Below the pieces are notes generated by a model. It ran no database searches. It was not told the origin of the DNA and worked only from the letters and a program-made list of their open reading frames with translations. Shown in pieces: positions 27,060 to 40,890 of a DNA stretch of 64,000 nt. Source of the stretch: the human T2T-CHM13v2.0 reference genome, Homo sapiens. The translations under genes were made by a program, and so were the position numbers. Each line of letters opens with the position of its first letter. Positions within the stretch are counted from its first letter, which is position 1. The DNA lies in assembly GCF_009914755.1 (NCBI RefSeq), contig NC_060925.1; one strand, given 5' to 3'.

Positions 27060-29394
27060 GGAGGTGATGTTTAAACTGAGACCTAAAGCATGAGCAGGAG
27101 CCAGCCTGGCTCACTGTTTCCTGGGAAATGAGAGAAATTTAGACCAACTTCTTCTACTTACGCATGGGGAAACTGAGACCCAAAGGGGTCACACAGCCAT
27201 TTAGAAGCTTGACCCCTGTACCCGGACTTGGGTTCTTTTCCTCCCCAGGAGCACAGGAGGAGGGAAGGGAGGGTCTCAGCCTGAGGCACAGCCAGGGGAA
27301 GAGGCAGGGGGTAGGGGAAGTGACAGGACTTCTAGCGCTGGGGGAGGGGCTGCCTTCCACCTGCTGGACACAGAGCCCCTCCCCATCCTAGACCCAAGGT
27401 TCCCCAAGGCCTGCCTGCCCACCCCACTGACCAGGCTTCAGAAAATTGATTTCCTAACAGCCATCCATCAACACGGCACCTCCAGCTGTTGGTGTGACAC
27501 CCGTGTCCCCAGAGCCTAGTCCGCCCAAGGAAGCTGCTCCTGGAACGCCCTCCCTCACCCCTAAAATGACCTCTGTGATTCCAGGAACTGGTAACTGGAG
27601 ACCCAAGACAGCACCTCCCCTGTGATTGCTCCTCCCCACCCCCACCCCCCATCACTCTGAAAGTGGTTTTCAACCGCTTCCCCCAGAGGCCCTCTGCAGC
27701 CTCACAATACTGGGTCTGCTTGAATACCCCTCAGTGACAGGGTGCTCAGCCCCTCCTGGGGCAGCCCTGATGATAACTCAGGTTCCATTGATCGTGGAGC
27801 AACTGGGAGTGGTCATCACTGTAGTTAAGCCTCAAGGTAATTAGGCAAGGCAGTGTTATCCTTCTCATTTGAGAGATGACAACATTGAGGCTCCAAGGTC
27901 AACCGTTCTCCCCAAGGGCTGGCTCACCCCAAAGGTATAGGTGTCACCCCTGCCTTCCCAGTTCTCCTTCCCGGTAGTAAACAAGTTCCTTCACCCCATG
28001 GCTCCTCCCACCGGCCTTGGTTCCCCTGAAGACCACATGGCATCTTCCCTAGGCTGCCCCTGGAAGGTCATAGCTGGGAGCAGTGGCTTCAAGCCAACTC
28101 TGAGCTTCTATTCCTTGGCCCGAGTCCCCCCAGCCTCCATTCACAGGGGAGACTGGACATCCATCTGATCACCTTAGCCCTGACAGCAACCCAAGATCCT
28201 GGAATGGCCCACAGATCCCCTTCCAGTGGCAGGAGGGAGGAAAGGAGATGGGAGGAGGGTGTTAGCCCTGGGATCAGCAGCTCCAGCTTAATTTGCAGCA
28301 ATTTGCTGTATGATCTTGGGTAATAGAAACTCCTATCTGGGCCTCAGGTTCCAAAATGGAAACAGGAATTAAGAGGCTCTATGGAGAAGCTCTTCCTGGA
28401 GGAAGGACTCTGGTGTGAAGATGGTGGAGCCCAAGGCCAGTTTCACCCACATTGAAGACACTGGGACAACCACGGTGAGATCAGCAAGGGGTCAGCTGGG
28501 AGGTGAGGAGCAAGCCCAGAGAGGGGAAACAACTTGCCTGAGGTCACATAGCCACAAAGTAGAGAGACCTTGAGCCAGAACACAGATTTCCAGGTAGGGC
28601 CAAAACCATCCTCTAATCCATGGGCCTTTCTGCAGGTCTCTGGGAGCAGTCAAGACCCCAGAAGACCTTGTCACCTCCGTGTAAGTCCCTCTGTCACCCC
28701 TGAGGGACCTAGTTTGGTAGGGTTGGAGGAGAGGAGCTGTGCCCACAGCTGGTAGAAACAGGACCACAAAGGGTTAAGGCGCTGCCCGGGTCTGCTTGAT
28801 CCCCCTAAGCAGGCAGGACCCCAGGCAGAGTCGGGGCTTGGGTTTCATGCCACCCCCACCCTGGTCTGGCTATAAAATACAATCGTGTCTCGCTGCTGAT
28901 TGATGGTCTGGGGGAAACCTTGGGGAGATGGGCTGGGGCGAGATCAGATTTTCAAGGGCTCAGCCACTGATATTCTATCTGGGGCCTTCCAGAACCTGCC
29001 ACCGGCCCATCTCCATGGGCCCTCCAAATCCTGGAGGAGGCAGGAGTAGAGAGGCAGTCAGATCACCCTCTGAGGCCACGCCACAAGGCAGAGGTGCCTG
29101 GGCTTACCTCCAGCCCTGAGAGTGGCCTACAGAGTCCCCTCCAGAAATCTCAGGAGACTTGCCTGGGTGGCTGTTCATTCATTCATTCATCCATTCATTC
29201 ATTTCCCAAATACCTACTAGATTATTTCAGGCAAAGGGGTTCCAGAGGTGAGCCTCGGCCAGAGATAGTCCAGAGACAGCTCCTGGCCTCATGAAGTTTT
29301 CCATGTAGCAGGCCCAGAAGAGCACGATTCTGAGACTTCAGGCCCACCCCCAGCATCCAGGATTGAGGACCAGACCAAGACTGAAGCAACAACT

Positions 29395-29605
29395 GGGGCT
29401 TGGGCTCTGTCTCCAGGCTGATCTGAGTTTAAATCCCAACTCTGCCACTTAGGAACTACGTGACCTTGGGCACGTTGCTTAACCTTTCCATGCCTCATCT
29501 ATAAAATGGGCAGGTAATAGCATCTACCACTTGGCATTCTGGTGTGGAACAAATGAAGCAATGAATCCAGAGTGCTTAACATCGAGCCTGGCATTGAGTA
29601 ATTGA
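29395..29605 (+). mobile_element. MIR
   Basis: ctgagtttaaatcccaactctgccactt..gtgaccttgggcacgttgcttaacc..ctataaaatggg. Confidence 0.72.
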
Positions 29606-31039
29606 GTAATTATAGTTTCCCATTATGATTTTGGATTCTGGTAGACTGTCTGGCACTCTGTGTGAATGAATGAATGAATGAATGAAGCTGGTATGCCAGG
29701 ATGTATTTGGTGCTTCCTACAAAATATCTCATTTAACCTCCACCATGATGGGGAAACTGAGGAGGCATTCTCAGAAGCATTCCCTTCCTCCTGCAAGCCC
29801 CAGGCCCTCAGTTTTGGCCTCGACTGGAGACTGACCACTTTCATAATGGGGGTCCCCATCTTTGTTCTCCCAGTCAATCAAGAGAGTGCTGGGGACAGAG
29901 GTGGTGCCAGTTTGTCTCTGAGACCTCTTCTTGCTCATTTGGCACCAAGCACACAGGAGGCATGAAGGAAAGGGAAGAAAGAAGAAGGCAGGAGGGAGAT
30001 CAGAAAAGGGGACAGGGGCAGGGGTCCCAGCCAACCCAAGGGCCTTGGCTCCAGGTGCCTGCGCTCCAGGCACAGCTCAGACAGAAACCGTGCAAACCAT
30101 TTCAGGTTCCTCTTTCTGCCCCCACAGCCATGGACATCCATACCCAGCAGGTGAGTTTAATATGCAGGCTTGAGGGTCCAGCTGCCTGGATTCCAGTCTC
30201 ACCATCCTCTAACAATGACGTGAGCTTGGGTGAGTCATCTCCCCTCCCTGGGGCTCAGTTTTTCCCCTCTGTGAAATGGGAATAATAATAGTGAGATCCT
30301 GCAGACTTTTCCTTGCCTATTCACGCTGGCCCAGCCTGGTCATCTGAGCACAGCCTCCTCGAATGGTCTTTGAAGGAAAAGGAGCCCCGACCCAGCAGCT
30401 GGCCCTCAGCCCTGCCCCTCTTCTCCCCCTCTTCTCAGTACCCCCAATCCCCAGGCCCCAGGGTCCTTAATCCACCCCAGAGTGACATGGAGCAAGTGCT
30501 GTATCCCAGCGCCCGCCTGCTGCGAGGGGCGGAGGATCACACAGGCCGGGAGAAACCCTAGCTCCGCGTGCAGCCTGGGGACCCAGCAGACTGTCAACAG
30601 TAGATTAGACCCCACACTGTTCCCAGGATCCAAGAAGGGTGAGGGGGGCTCTCTCCCCCGAGTCCCTCCTAACTTTCTGCTGGGGGTGAGAGACCCAGGC
30701 GCCTGTCCCCAGAGCTTGGAAAGGCAGAACTGTTGAGAGAATTTATTCACTCATGTCACAGAGGCTCAGAGATGGAGAGGGGCTGGCCCACGGTCACAGA
30801 GCAGGCTTGTCCAGAGCCAAGGCCAGATCTCTGGCTTCCTTGCTCCCAGACCTTGCTGCTTCCTGCATCCCAGTCTAATGCCAGTGATTTGCCCTGACTG
30901 TGACCTTGACCAGGTCAACAGAGCTTTTCTTCCTCATTAACTTGTCAGCTACCAATGCACTGCCTCAAATACCCTGGACTGATCTATCTCCCCCTGCCGC
31001 AACCTCAGAAAGTCCCAAATCTCTTCAGCCAGGTGTTCT

Positions 31040-31200
31040 GTAGACAAGGGTCCACACTGGCCAGCTCTGGGCCCACGGCCATTTTATTTGAAGAGTGAGG
31101 GTTCTTGCACCATAGCTGTGGGAAATTTGCATTAAAATTCGCATTTCTAGCCTCTCTTAAAATAAACGTTCAGGCTACAGAGTTCCCCATCGTCCCTGCC
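31040..31200. mobile_element. Possible MER102-like hAT-Charlie remnant
   Basis: tgggaaatttgcattaaaattcgcatttctagcctctcttaaaa resembles the recalled consensus. Confidence 0.35.
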
Positions 31201-31924
31201 TGAGCAAAAACCCTGTGTCGCACATTATTCTGGGTATGTCACATATATCAAGTCCTTTAGTCCTTATAACAATGGGAATTCCTATTCCATCAACAAAGAA
31301 ACCAGACGCAGAGAGTGAGCTGGCACACAAAGACCATCTTCACAGCCTGGAAATGGCAGAAGTGGAACTCAAACCCAAGTCCAGTGACTCCAAAAACTCG
31401 GAGCTCCTACTGCTTCTCGTTCAAGGCAATGGGGTTACTGCCTCACAGCCCTGCAAACTGAAGTCTCAAATTCTCTCCAGTTCACATGGTTTTCTAGTTG
31501 ACCTCTCCTTTCCTCCTCGACAATTGGCATGGAGCTGAGCTTAGAGAAGCTTCCTCCCCGAGTCTCTCTCCCTCTGGACTGACTTCCTGGGAAATGTCCT
31601 AGGGTCCAGATTGAACCCCACTTTCCCTTTATTACCCACACTGTCACCATGATAGTGAGACAAACGCCAAGGGTCTGGCTTTGTGGGCCCACCATGGTCT
31701 AATCCAGCTCACCTTCCTCCTTCATCTTTCTCCCTTCTCCTCCTGTCATCCCATGTCCCCAGGAAAACTAAGCCACTCCCCGATTCCACAGCCAGTTGCT
31801 CTTTCCTACCGCCTTCCCCAGCTCACACCAGACCCCCTGTCGGAAATTCTCTCCTCACTCCATTTCCCTTGGCCCTCAATTGTGTCCTCCCCCATCCCAA
31901 TCACATGTGACCTCCTGCTTTCTC

Positions 31925-32150
31925 TTAGGCATAGATTTTGGAGCCAGACAGACCTGGATATGAATCCAGCTCTGCCATGTGCCAGCTGGGTTACCCTTAG
32001 GCGATGCACTGTCCTTGCATTCCTCAACTTCCCCATCTGTAAAATGGGTTTTTTTGATAATTCATCTCATCCTCTCTCCAACTGCTATTAATTCAATGAG
32101 GACTCGATGGGATGATGTTTGCAAAGCACCTCCCACATAGTAGGTGCTGC
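31925..32150 (+). mobile_element. MIR
   Basis: ttggagccagacagacctggatatgaatccagctctgcc..ccccatctgtaaaatggg..cacatagtaggtgct. Confidence 0.75.
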
Positions 32151-32464
32151 CTGGCTTGCATTAGACCATTGTCAATGTCTCTTCTCTTATGCTCTGCACT
32201 TTAAGCACCCTGAAGGCAGAATCTTATTTTTGTGCACTTTTTTTTGCCCTGGGCCTAGTAGGCCACATGGCACGTAGCAAGAAGTTCATGCTTTGAGTAT
32301 TGCAGGAAGAAACATGAGTCTCAGTGTTTCAGGGATTAGGCCCAAAGTGTCCTTGGCTCACTGACAACAGCAGGGGTGGGGTCCCAGCCTGGGAGTGTCA
32401 GGCAGACAGGCAGGTGGCTAGAGAGGAAATGTCACCTTTGAACTCAAGGCGATCTTGGTCATGT

Positions 32465-33510
<1,046 letters not shown>

Positions 33511-34149
33511 GTATCGCCAGCAGGAGCCACTGGGTCTGTGAAGAGTTCACAATTCCTAGCCTGCATTCAGTGTCTAGGAAGATTTGCTACTATTATTATC
33601 TGCTGTGTGACTAAGCGAATCACCTCAATCGTCTGAGGCTCAGTGTCCACAAGTGTACAATGGATTCACAACATACACAGAGTGCGCAGTTAGGATCACA
33701 CGAGATCATGGGCGTGAAGGGCTTAGTAATCTCTGAAATACTATAAAATAGAAACTACCAAAGCTATTAACTGTTTATAAAATCAAAAAGCTATGAAATG
33801 TTATTAGTATCCTCATTATTACTATTTCAAGGTTGGAGTTCCCGGCTGGTGAGCGGACATGTGGCACCCTGTGTAAGTAAGCTGAGCCAACGGAGTCTGT
33901 GTCCACTGTCCAGTTAAACTCCTTCCCCGAGACGGGGGCAGGATGAGGAGCAGCTTGGGCAATAGAGGAGGTTCCAGCTTTGGGGCCAGGAGCCTTGGGC
34001 CTGTTCCTAACTCAGCCACTGATTCTTGGGTGACCTTGAGCCACTTGATGCCCATCCTTCTCTGGGCCTCAGTTTCCCCTTCTATAAAGCAAGAGGGTAG
34101 GGCTAGAGGCCCCCAGTGGCCCTTCCAGCTGTGACCCTGTTAAAAGCTA

Positions 34150-34453
<304 letters not shown>

Positions 34454-35485
34454 AGCCTGTTTTTCTCCTCCCACTCTGTCATGCTCAGAAGTTTAGTCTC
34501 CCAGCACCTCCTAGGGAGGGCCAGCTGGCCACACCTGGGGATCGACTACCCAGAGCAGGCTCACCCACAGGCTCTTTCAGACCTCGCCTACTCCCCTCCC
34601 TAACCCCAAGTCGCCTCTGCTTGCCTTTCTCTTCCCACTTCCCCACCTGCTGACTCCAGCCCTGCCAGGGTTAATTGGCCCGCAGCTCCCACCCCTGCAG
34701 GAAAAGCAGAGAAGGGGGGCCCAGGCTCCCCCCACACCCGCCACAGCTGTCTCCCCACATCCAGGATAACCAGGTCCCAGGAGCCTGGGAGGAAGCGGAC
34801 CACATTCTTGAGGGCCTTATGTCAGGCTGGCTGCTTCCCACTCCCCTCCCCAACCCACCAGCCCCCCATCAGCCCTCCAGACCCCTCCCTCACTCTCCCC
34901 TGCCAAGGCGGCTCAGCGGGCACAGAGCCAGCCAGGCCTGGGCATGAATCCTGGCTGGACAAGCTTCCTACCTTCCTTCTCGGTTTCTTCATCTGCAAAG
35001 CGGGGATAATTCCTACTTCAAGGGGGGACAGGATTCAACAAAGCTAATTTGCATATACAAAGTGCAGAGCACATACTAACAGCTAGGTTTTCCACGGGGC
35101 AGCTACGCCCTAGGGCCTACATACAAACTCACTTAATCCTAAACCGAGGCACAGAGAGGCTGAGTAGATTGCCTGAGGTCACACAGCACTAAGTGGTAAA
35201 GCTAGGATTCAAATCCAGGCCTTTCTGGCTCCAAAGTCCACAGGCTTAATTACACCGTGTCCACTAGATAAGGGGTAGTTTCCTTTGTCCCTACTCCCCC
35301 TGTCCTCCACTGCTCCCCACCCCGGTGGTCAACCCAGTGAGGGGAGAACCCTGGACAAGATGGGGGTCACACCGTGGCTTTCACCTGTGTCCCCTGAGCT
35401 GCTGTTCTGCCTCCTCTGGCTGTGTGGCATCGGGCAAGGTGCTGCCCTCTCTGTCATGACACACATCTGGGACACCAACATCAGA

Positions 35486-35652
35486 AGAGGAGGCACTGGC
35501 ATGGAATGTGCTTTCTTAGACTTTGATGTATGCAGGTAACTAAGCTCCCAGAGCTGCTGGCCATGGGGGAAGGGAGGCTGGCGGCCAGAGATGCATCTGC
35601 AGATACATTTTAAACATGCAAATGAGAGGAAAGGAGGGATGTTCAGACATCC
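35486..35652 (+). repeat. Duplicated non-coding element, copy 1 (octamer-containing core 35587-35623)
   Basis: Core agagatgcatctgcagatacattttaaacatgcaaat is 35/37 identical to 38357-38393. Confidence 0.8.
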
Positions 35653-36142
35653 CTGTGTGATTCCTCAGAAATGGATCTCAACCCTGATGTCACACATGCC
35701 GGCCTGATTACCTCCGAGGATGCCTTCTGCAAGGTCAGCATCTGCTTGCTAAAATGAGGATTCAAATGCACTCGGTGTGTCCGTCTGTAAAATGGACACT
35801 AAATCAAGAGGCTTGAAGCCTTGGGGAAACCAGGGCTTATTTCTAGGGACAGAGACAGCCCAGGGTCATAGAGAAGGTCAGGAGTGGAGCTGGGACTAGA
35901 ACCAGAGCTTGAGACTAAACATCAAGGTTCCTCTTCCTCTCCCGCCAGTCCCCCACCCCCAGCCCTGGCTCCCACCTCTCACTCTTCCCTCAGCTTGCAA
36001 GAAGCACCATCCCTGCGCTTACCCCTTTCCTGCCTCCTGGAACACCCAGCCTCGGAACCACCTCCCCCTGGTGCCTTCGCCCTGCTCCTCCTCTGATGGA
36101 AAGCACCCAGTTGACATCCAATCATGTGCCACCTTGTTTTTG

Positions 36143-36173
<31 letters not shown>

Positions 36174-36335
36174 ACTTTAAGTTTTAGGGTACATGTGCAC
36201 AATGTGCCGGTTAGTTACATATGTATACATGTGCCATGCTGGTGTGCTGCACCCATTAACTAGTCATTTAGCATTAGGTATATCTCCTAATGCTATCCCT
36301 CCCCCCTCCCCCCACCCCACAACAGTCCCCAGAGT
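36143..36335 (-). mobile_element. Young 5'-truncated L1PA 3' end with (TAT)n tail
   Basis: tatactttaagttttagggtacatgtgcacaatgtgc..gcattaggtatatctcctaatgctatccctccccc, very close to the L1PA2-4 consensus. Confidence 0.92.
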
Positions 36336-38243
36336 TTTATTCCTACCATATGTGTGTGAATTTTCTATTTTATTCATGACTCCTGAAAACCAAGGGTCGT
36401 ATTTATTTTTCCCCCAAATTTGCTGACACAAAACACATGCTGCTTGTTTAACCGACAATTGAATTAATCAGTCTTAAGCTTCTCTGTCACCATCACCATC
36501 ATCAACATCATCAGCATCACTTCACCCTGTCAACTGCCCCTGCATCAGGAAAAGCACCCACAATGGCCATCTTCATCCCCTTCCTCCCAAATGTCACCAT
36601 CATCATCCCCAGGAATAGTAGCAGCCCTGGGGCCATCACCACCAAGCTATCATCCTAATGATGTCATTCCGCGCATGGTCACTCAAAACCTCACGTGGGC
36701 CAAGCACTGCGCTAAGAGCTCTCCAGGCATCTTCTCATTTAATCCTGACAACAGACCTAGTCCCAGCCATGCCCCAATGGAGTAGGTACTCTTATGGTAC
36801 CTGCTTTACAGATGGGAAAACTGAGACACTGAAGGGTTTCTTGGATGCCTAAAGCGATAGGGGCAGGAGAGGAGCCCAGGTTTGCCTAACTCCAAAGTCC
36901 ATTTTCTCAAACATGCTTTGTACCATCACCCCAAAGCCACAGCAAAATTGCCATTGTTTCCACTGCCAAATAAGCAACCAACATCAGCATGAGTATTTTC
37001 ATTACCGCCATCATCAACACAGTCACCACCACTGCCAAGAGCTGTCACCTTTAACCTCACCACCAGCAGCTCCACCCACCCCACCAGCCACATGAGCATT
37101 CTTTACATTTTGCTCAGCTGACAGCCCCCAAGCACCATCACACATCAGAGACAGAAGAGAGACAGAGGAGCAGGCTTGGCCCCTGGCCTCAGAGAGCCTA
37201 TTTCCCCTCCCCTCATCACGACCATTCCTTCCTCTCCCAGCCTCATCACCCTCATTACACAAAGGAAGGCCTGGAGCAGACCCATTCTCTTCCTCATGAT
37301 TGCGGGGAGGGACATTGTCACGGCCAAAAGATCAGGCCTTTGAGTGGCTGTACTCAGCAAACATTCATCCGATAATTCATTCAATTCACTAAGCATTTAT
37401 TGGGCATCACTGTATGAGCCCAACAGCTACAGAAGTAAAGAAAACAGAGAGGGCCTACTCGGATGGAATGAGGAGGACAGATGTCAAATAAATCACTACA
37501 GGAGGGATGGGGTGCCAAAGAGATGAGTTGATTGTAAAAAGGGGTGAAGTGGAACAACCTAGCCTAGTCTGGGAAATCCAGGAGGACTTCCTGGAGGAAG
37601 CACCAGCTAAGCTGAGACCCCAGTGCTAAGTGGAAGCGAGCTAGGCAAAGAGGAGAATATGCTGGGGCTACTAGGAAGGCGTTCTGATGGCAGGCACAGC
37701 ATGTACAAAAGCCCTGAGCTGGGAAAGACTTCTGCTTTTAGAGCAACCAGAGGGAACCTAATGTGGCTGATGCCAGGTGACACGGGAATGAGGAGGTGAC
37801 CAGAAACTGAGGAAGCCCTGCCAGCCTCATGGGGAGTGCAGCAGGGATGGCAGTGGAGGGCAGGGGGGCAGCTCTCGCGAGGACTTGGAAAAACAGCACC
37901 CAGCCCCGGAAGAGAGGGCATGGGCAACCCAGCGTGAGGCCCAGAGGAAGGAGCCCAGAGGGCCAATGGGGGCTGATGAAATGTTATGGACGGTGCTGAG
38001 CGATTATGCAGAGAGAATCGATTGCTCGGGCTGGTGCCTGCCTGGCACAGAGACACAAGCGCTGAAATGTCAGGCCTGTGATCTGAGAGTGCCACCCGGC
38101 AGCCGCTGAGCTAGACAGCCCCCACGGGTGCAGACCGAGCTGCGGGTGTGCAAAAAGAAATCCCAACGCCCCCCAGATGGAACTGTTGTCCTGGCAGGGC
38201 TGAGGCAGCAGGGATAGGGACGGGGCATCTCAGAAGGTTCTGG

Positions 38244-38425
38244 AGAGGAGGGGCCGGGTGGACCTGCTTTTCTCGGTTCTCGTGCATGCAGATAGCTCAG
38301 CTCCCAGAGACGCAGGCAGGAAGGGAGGGAGGCAGAAAGGCTGGGCCCCGTGCTAGAGAGATGCGTCTGCAGATACATTCTAAACATGCAAATCAGAGAA
38401 GGGAAGGGGCACTGGGAGACTTCCA
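38244..38425 (+). repeat. Duplicated non-coding element, copy 2 (core 38357-38393)
   Basis: Same core as 35587-35623, plus a second block at 38286-38309 that is 21/24 identical to 35530-35553. Confidence 0.8.
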
Positions 38426-40439
38426 AATGCCCACTCCCTGGGGCACAGTGTAGGGTGGAGGGAGGGCTGGAGGGAAGGCAGGTGGAGGGGGAGCTGAGGG
38501 AGGTGGGGGGGAGCTGAGGGAGATGGAGGAGGAGACCATGGGACCTCACGTGAGCCTGACCCCCTCCTGGCCATACCCCTGCCCCCAAAGCCACCTCTCT
38601 GCAGAACGGACTTGTTCCTGCCTCCCAGCCAAAGAAGGCTGGGTAGGCTGGAGCAACTCCCCAACACAAGTATCCTGAGCGCCTGCTATGTGTTACAGGC
38701 TTTCCCAGGTCTCAGGGATTCTACAGGGAGAAAACTGCCGTTAAGAGACTTCAGTGACTTGTGCCAGGCCATATGGGTCACTTAGTGATCAGCAAGATCA
38801 CAACAGCTCTGACGATGTGACAGGCACTGCACAGAGCCCTCGCCTGCTCCATCCCGTTTCATCCTCACTGCTACCATCAGGTGCTCTAAGAAGCATCATT
38901 ACCGTCATTTTACAGATGGGGAAACTGAGGCTCTCAGAGAAGCAACTTGACTGAAGTCATCCTGCCAATAACAGACCAGCTAGAATTCGAGCCCTGAGCT
39001 GGGATAGAGGGTCTATGCCTGGAGACCTCACTCCCAGGCTTCACAGTGGTAAAATAAGTCACCCCAGGCATAAGAAAATAAGCCGGGGAAAGAGCCTGCT
39101 TTAGGGTGGGGCCAAGGGGAAGGGAGAAACCAGGTAGAGGGCTTGCTCAACGGTACGGAGTTCAAATCACAGCTTCCCAGGTCCCCCGTGCCCTAAACGC
39201 ACCGTCTCAGGGTGGCTTTTTTATAGAATCCCTGCCACATCCTGGTCCCCTTCTGCAGTCATTGGTCCCCATAGAGCATTCTCCACATTGCATCTGGTGA
39301 TCTTTCAAGCACGAATCAGATCGGGTCCTCTCCTGCTTAAATTCTCTGGGTGACGTCCTGTTGCCCTGAGAATGAAATCCTGAGAGGCCCTGCCCCATCC
39401 AGCTCCTGCCCCCTCCCCATCCCTCTGTCCGGAAGATGCTTTCCCCAGAACCTGCTGCGGCTGCCCCTCCCCGACAGCCTCCCTCCCTGGCCACAAGCGG
39501 CCCCAGCCCCTGTCTGTCCAGTCGCCCCGGCCATTCTTCACAGCACTTACCTCACTTACTTCAGTCTCGGCGCTTCCCCGCTTCCCTTTATTGTGGGAAT
39601 TTGGGCTTGTGCACTGGAGTTTGGGCTTCATGAGGGTGGAGAGCTGGCCTGTCCTGTTCCCCATGGCACCCCCCAGTGTCGCATAGTAGATGCCCAATAA
39701 ACATTTGTTTAATGGGGAAGGGGCAGTGCCCAACAAGGTCTCTTGCATGCTGTCAGGGCATAGCATGCCTGGGCCGAGCCCGTTGCCTGGCAGATAGGGA
39801 AACTGAGGCTCTGAGGGGCTGACCCCACAGCTAAGGGCAGAGGCCAATGCTCTGAGGGAGCACTTAGCTCCCAAGCCAGGATTTTCCACTGCCCCAGGAG
39901 TCACGGGCTCCCTTCCCTCCTCTCATCCTTGCCACTCTCCCCTGCCTCTCCCCACCGGTGATCACCAGCACCACGTCTCTCCCTCCTGCCAGGCTGGCTT
40001 GAGGCAAAGGTGATTTGCTGACAGGGCCTGGGGCTGGACTTAGGTTCAACACCCAGCTCCGCCACCTCCTCGCTGACTGACCACAGGCAAGTTCCTCTAC
40101 CTCCCCCAGCCTCAGTTTCCTCCTCTGTACTGTGGGGACGTCAAGGGTTGTTAGACGAGAGTGTGTGTGAGTGGAAAGGGCCCAGCAAGTGCCTGGTGCC
40201 GAGGACACTCATTTAACCCGTGATGAGAGTGGCAGTGCCATCTCCCCGCAGCTCGTGAGGACTGGCGCGCCCCTCCCCGATCCGGGCCAGGGTCTCTGCG
40301 CACTGGGTCCACCTGCTTCAGCCTTCACCCTCCTAACAAAGAGGTTGGTTGGTCTTTCCAGCCTGTCTACTCACACCCTCCCTACTACTCAAACCATTCA
40401 TCATTCCTCCTGCTTCCTGTCCCATCAGCCCAGCCAAAA

Positions 40440-40890
40440 GGTTGTGATTACCACACAAGCACACGCACGTACCAAACACACGTGTGCACGCAAGCACAGA
40501 TGCCTGTATGCACAGTCATAGACGCACACATCTCCCCACACACAGCCAAATAGTCGCCCAGAGGGACACGGCGTTGGGGTGCTTAACACGCACCCCCTCG
40601 CACACCCGCGTGCACACACGGGTCTCCGTGGGCACTGCGTACACACGAACCACAGACACTAGCACCTGTGTGCCTGCATTCACCCACACAAACCGCCCTG
40701 CTTTCGGCCCTTGCCTCTCTCCGACACCTGCAGCCTGGCAGACCCCGTGCCGTAGAGGTGACACAGAAACACACACTGGGTGAGTTAACAGTCGGGGCTG
40801 GCATTTGGCACCACACTCTGGATAGACGGGAACAGCCTGCACGCATGCACCTCCATGTCTCTGCATCGTGTGTTTGTGTGTGTGTGTGTC
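40440..40890. repeat. Degenerate CA/TG-rich, CpG-containing low-complexity tract
   Basis: cacacgcacgtaccaaacacacgtgtgcacgc..., ending in (TG)n. Confidence 0.6.

Noticed and set aside
35047-35054. Third octamer (ATTTGCAT) near the twin element
   Set aside because: Lies in a MIR tail with no homology to the twin core; a single 8-mer is expected by chance.
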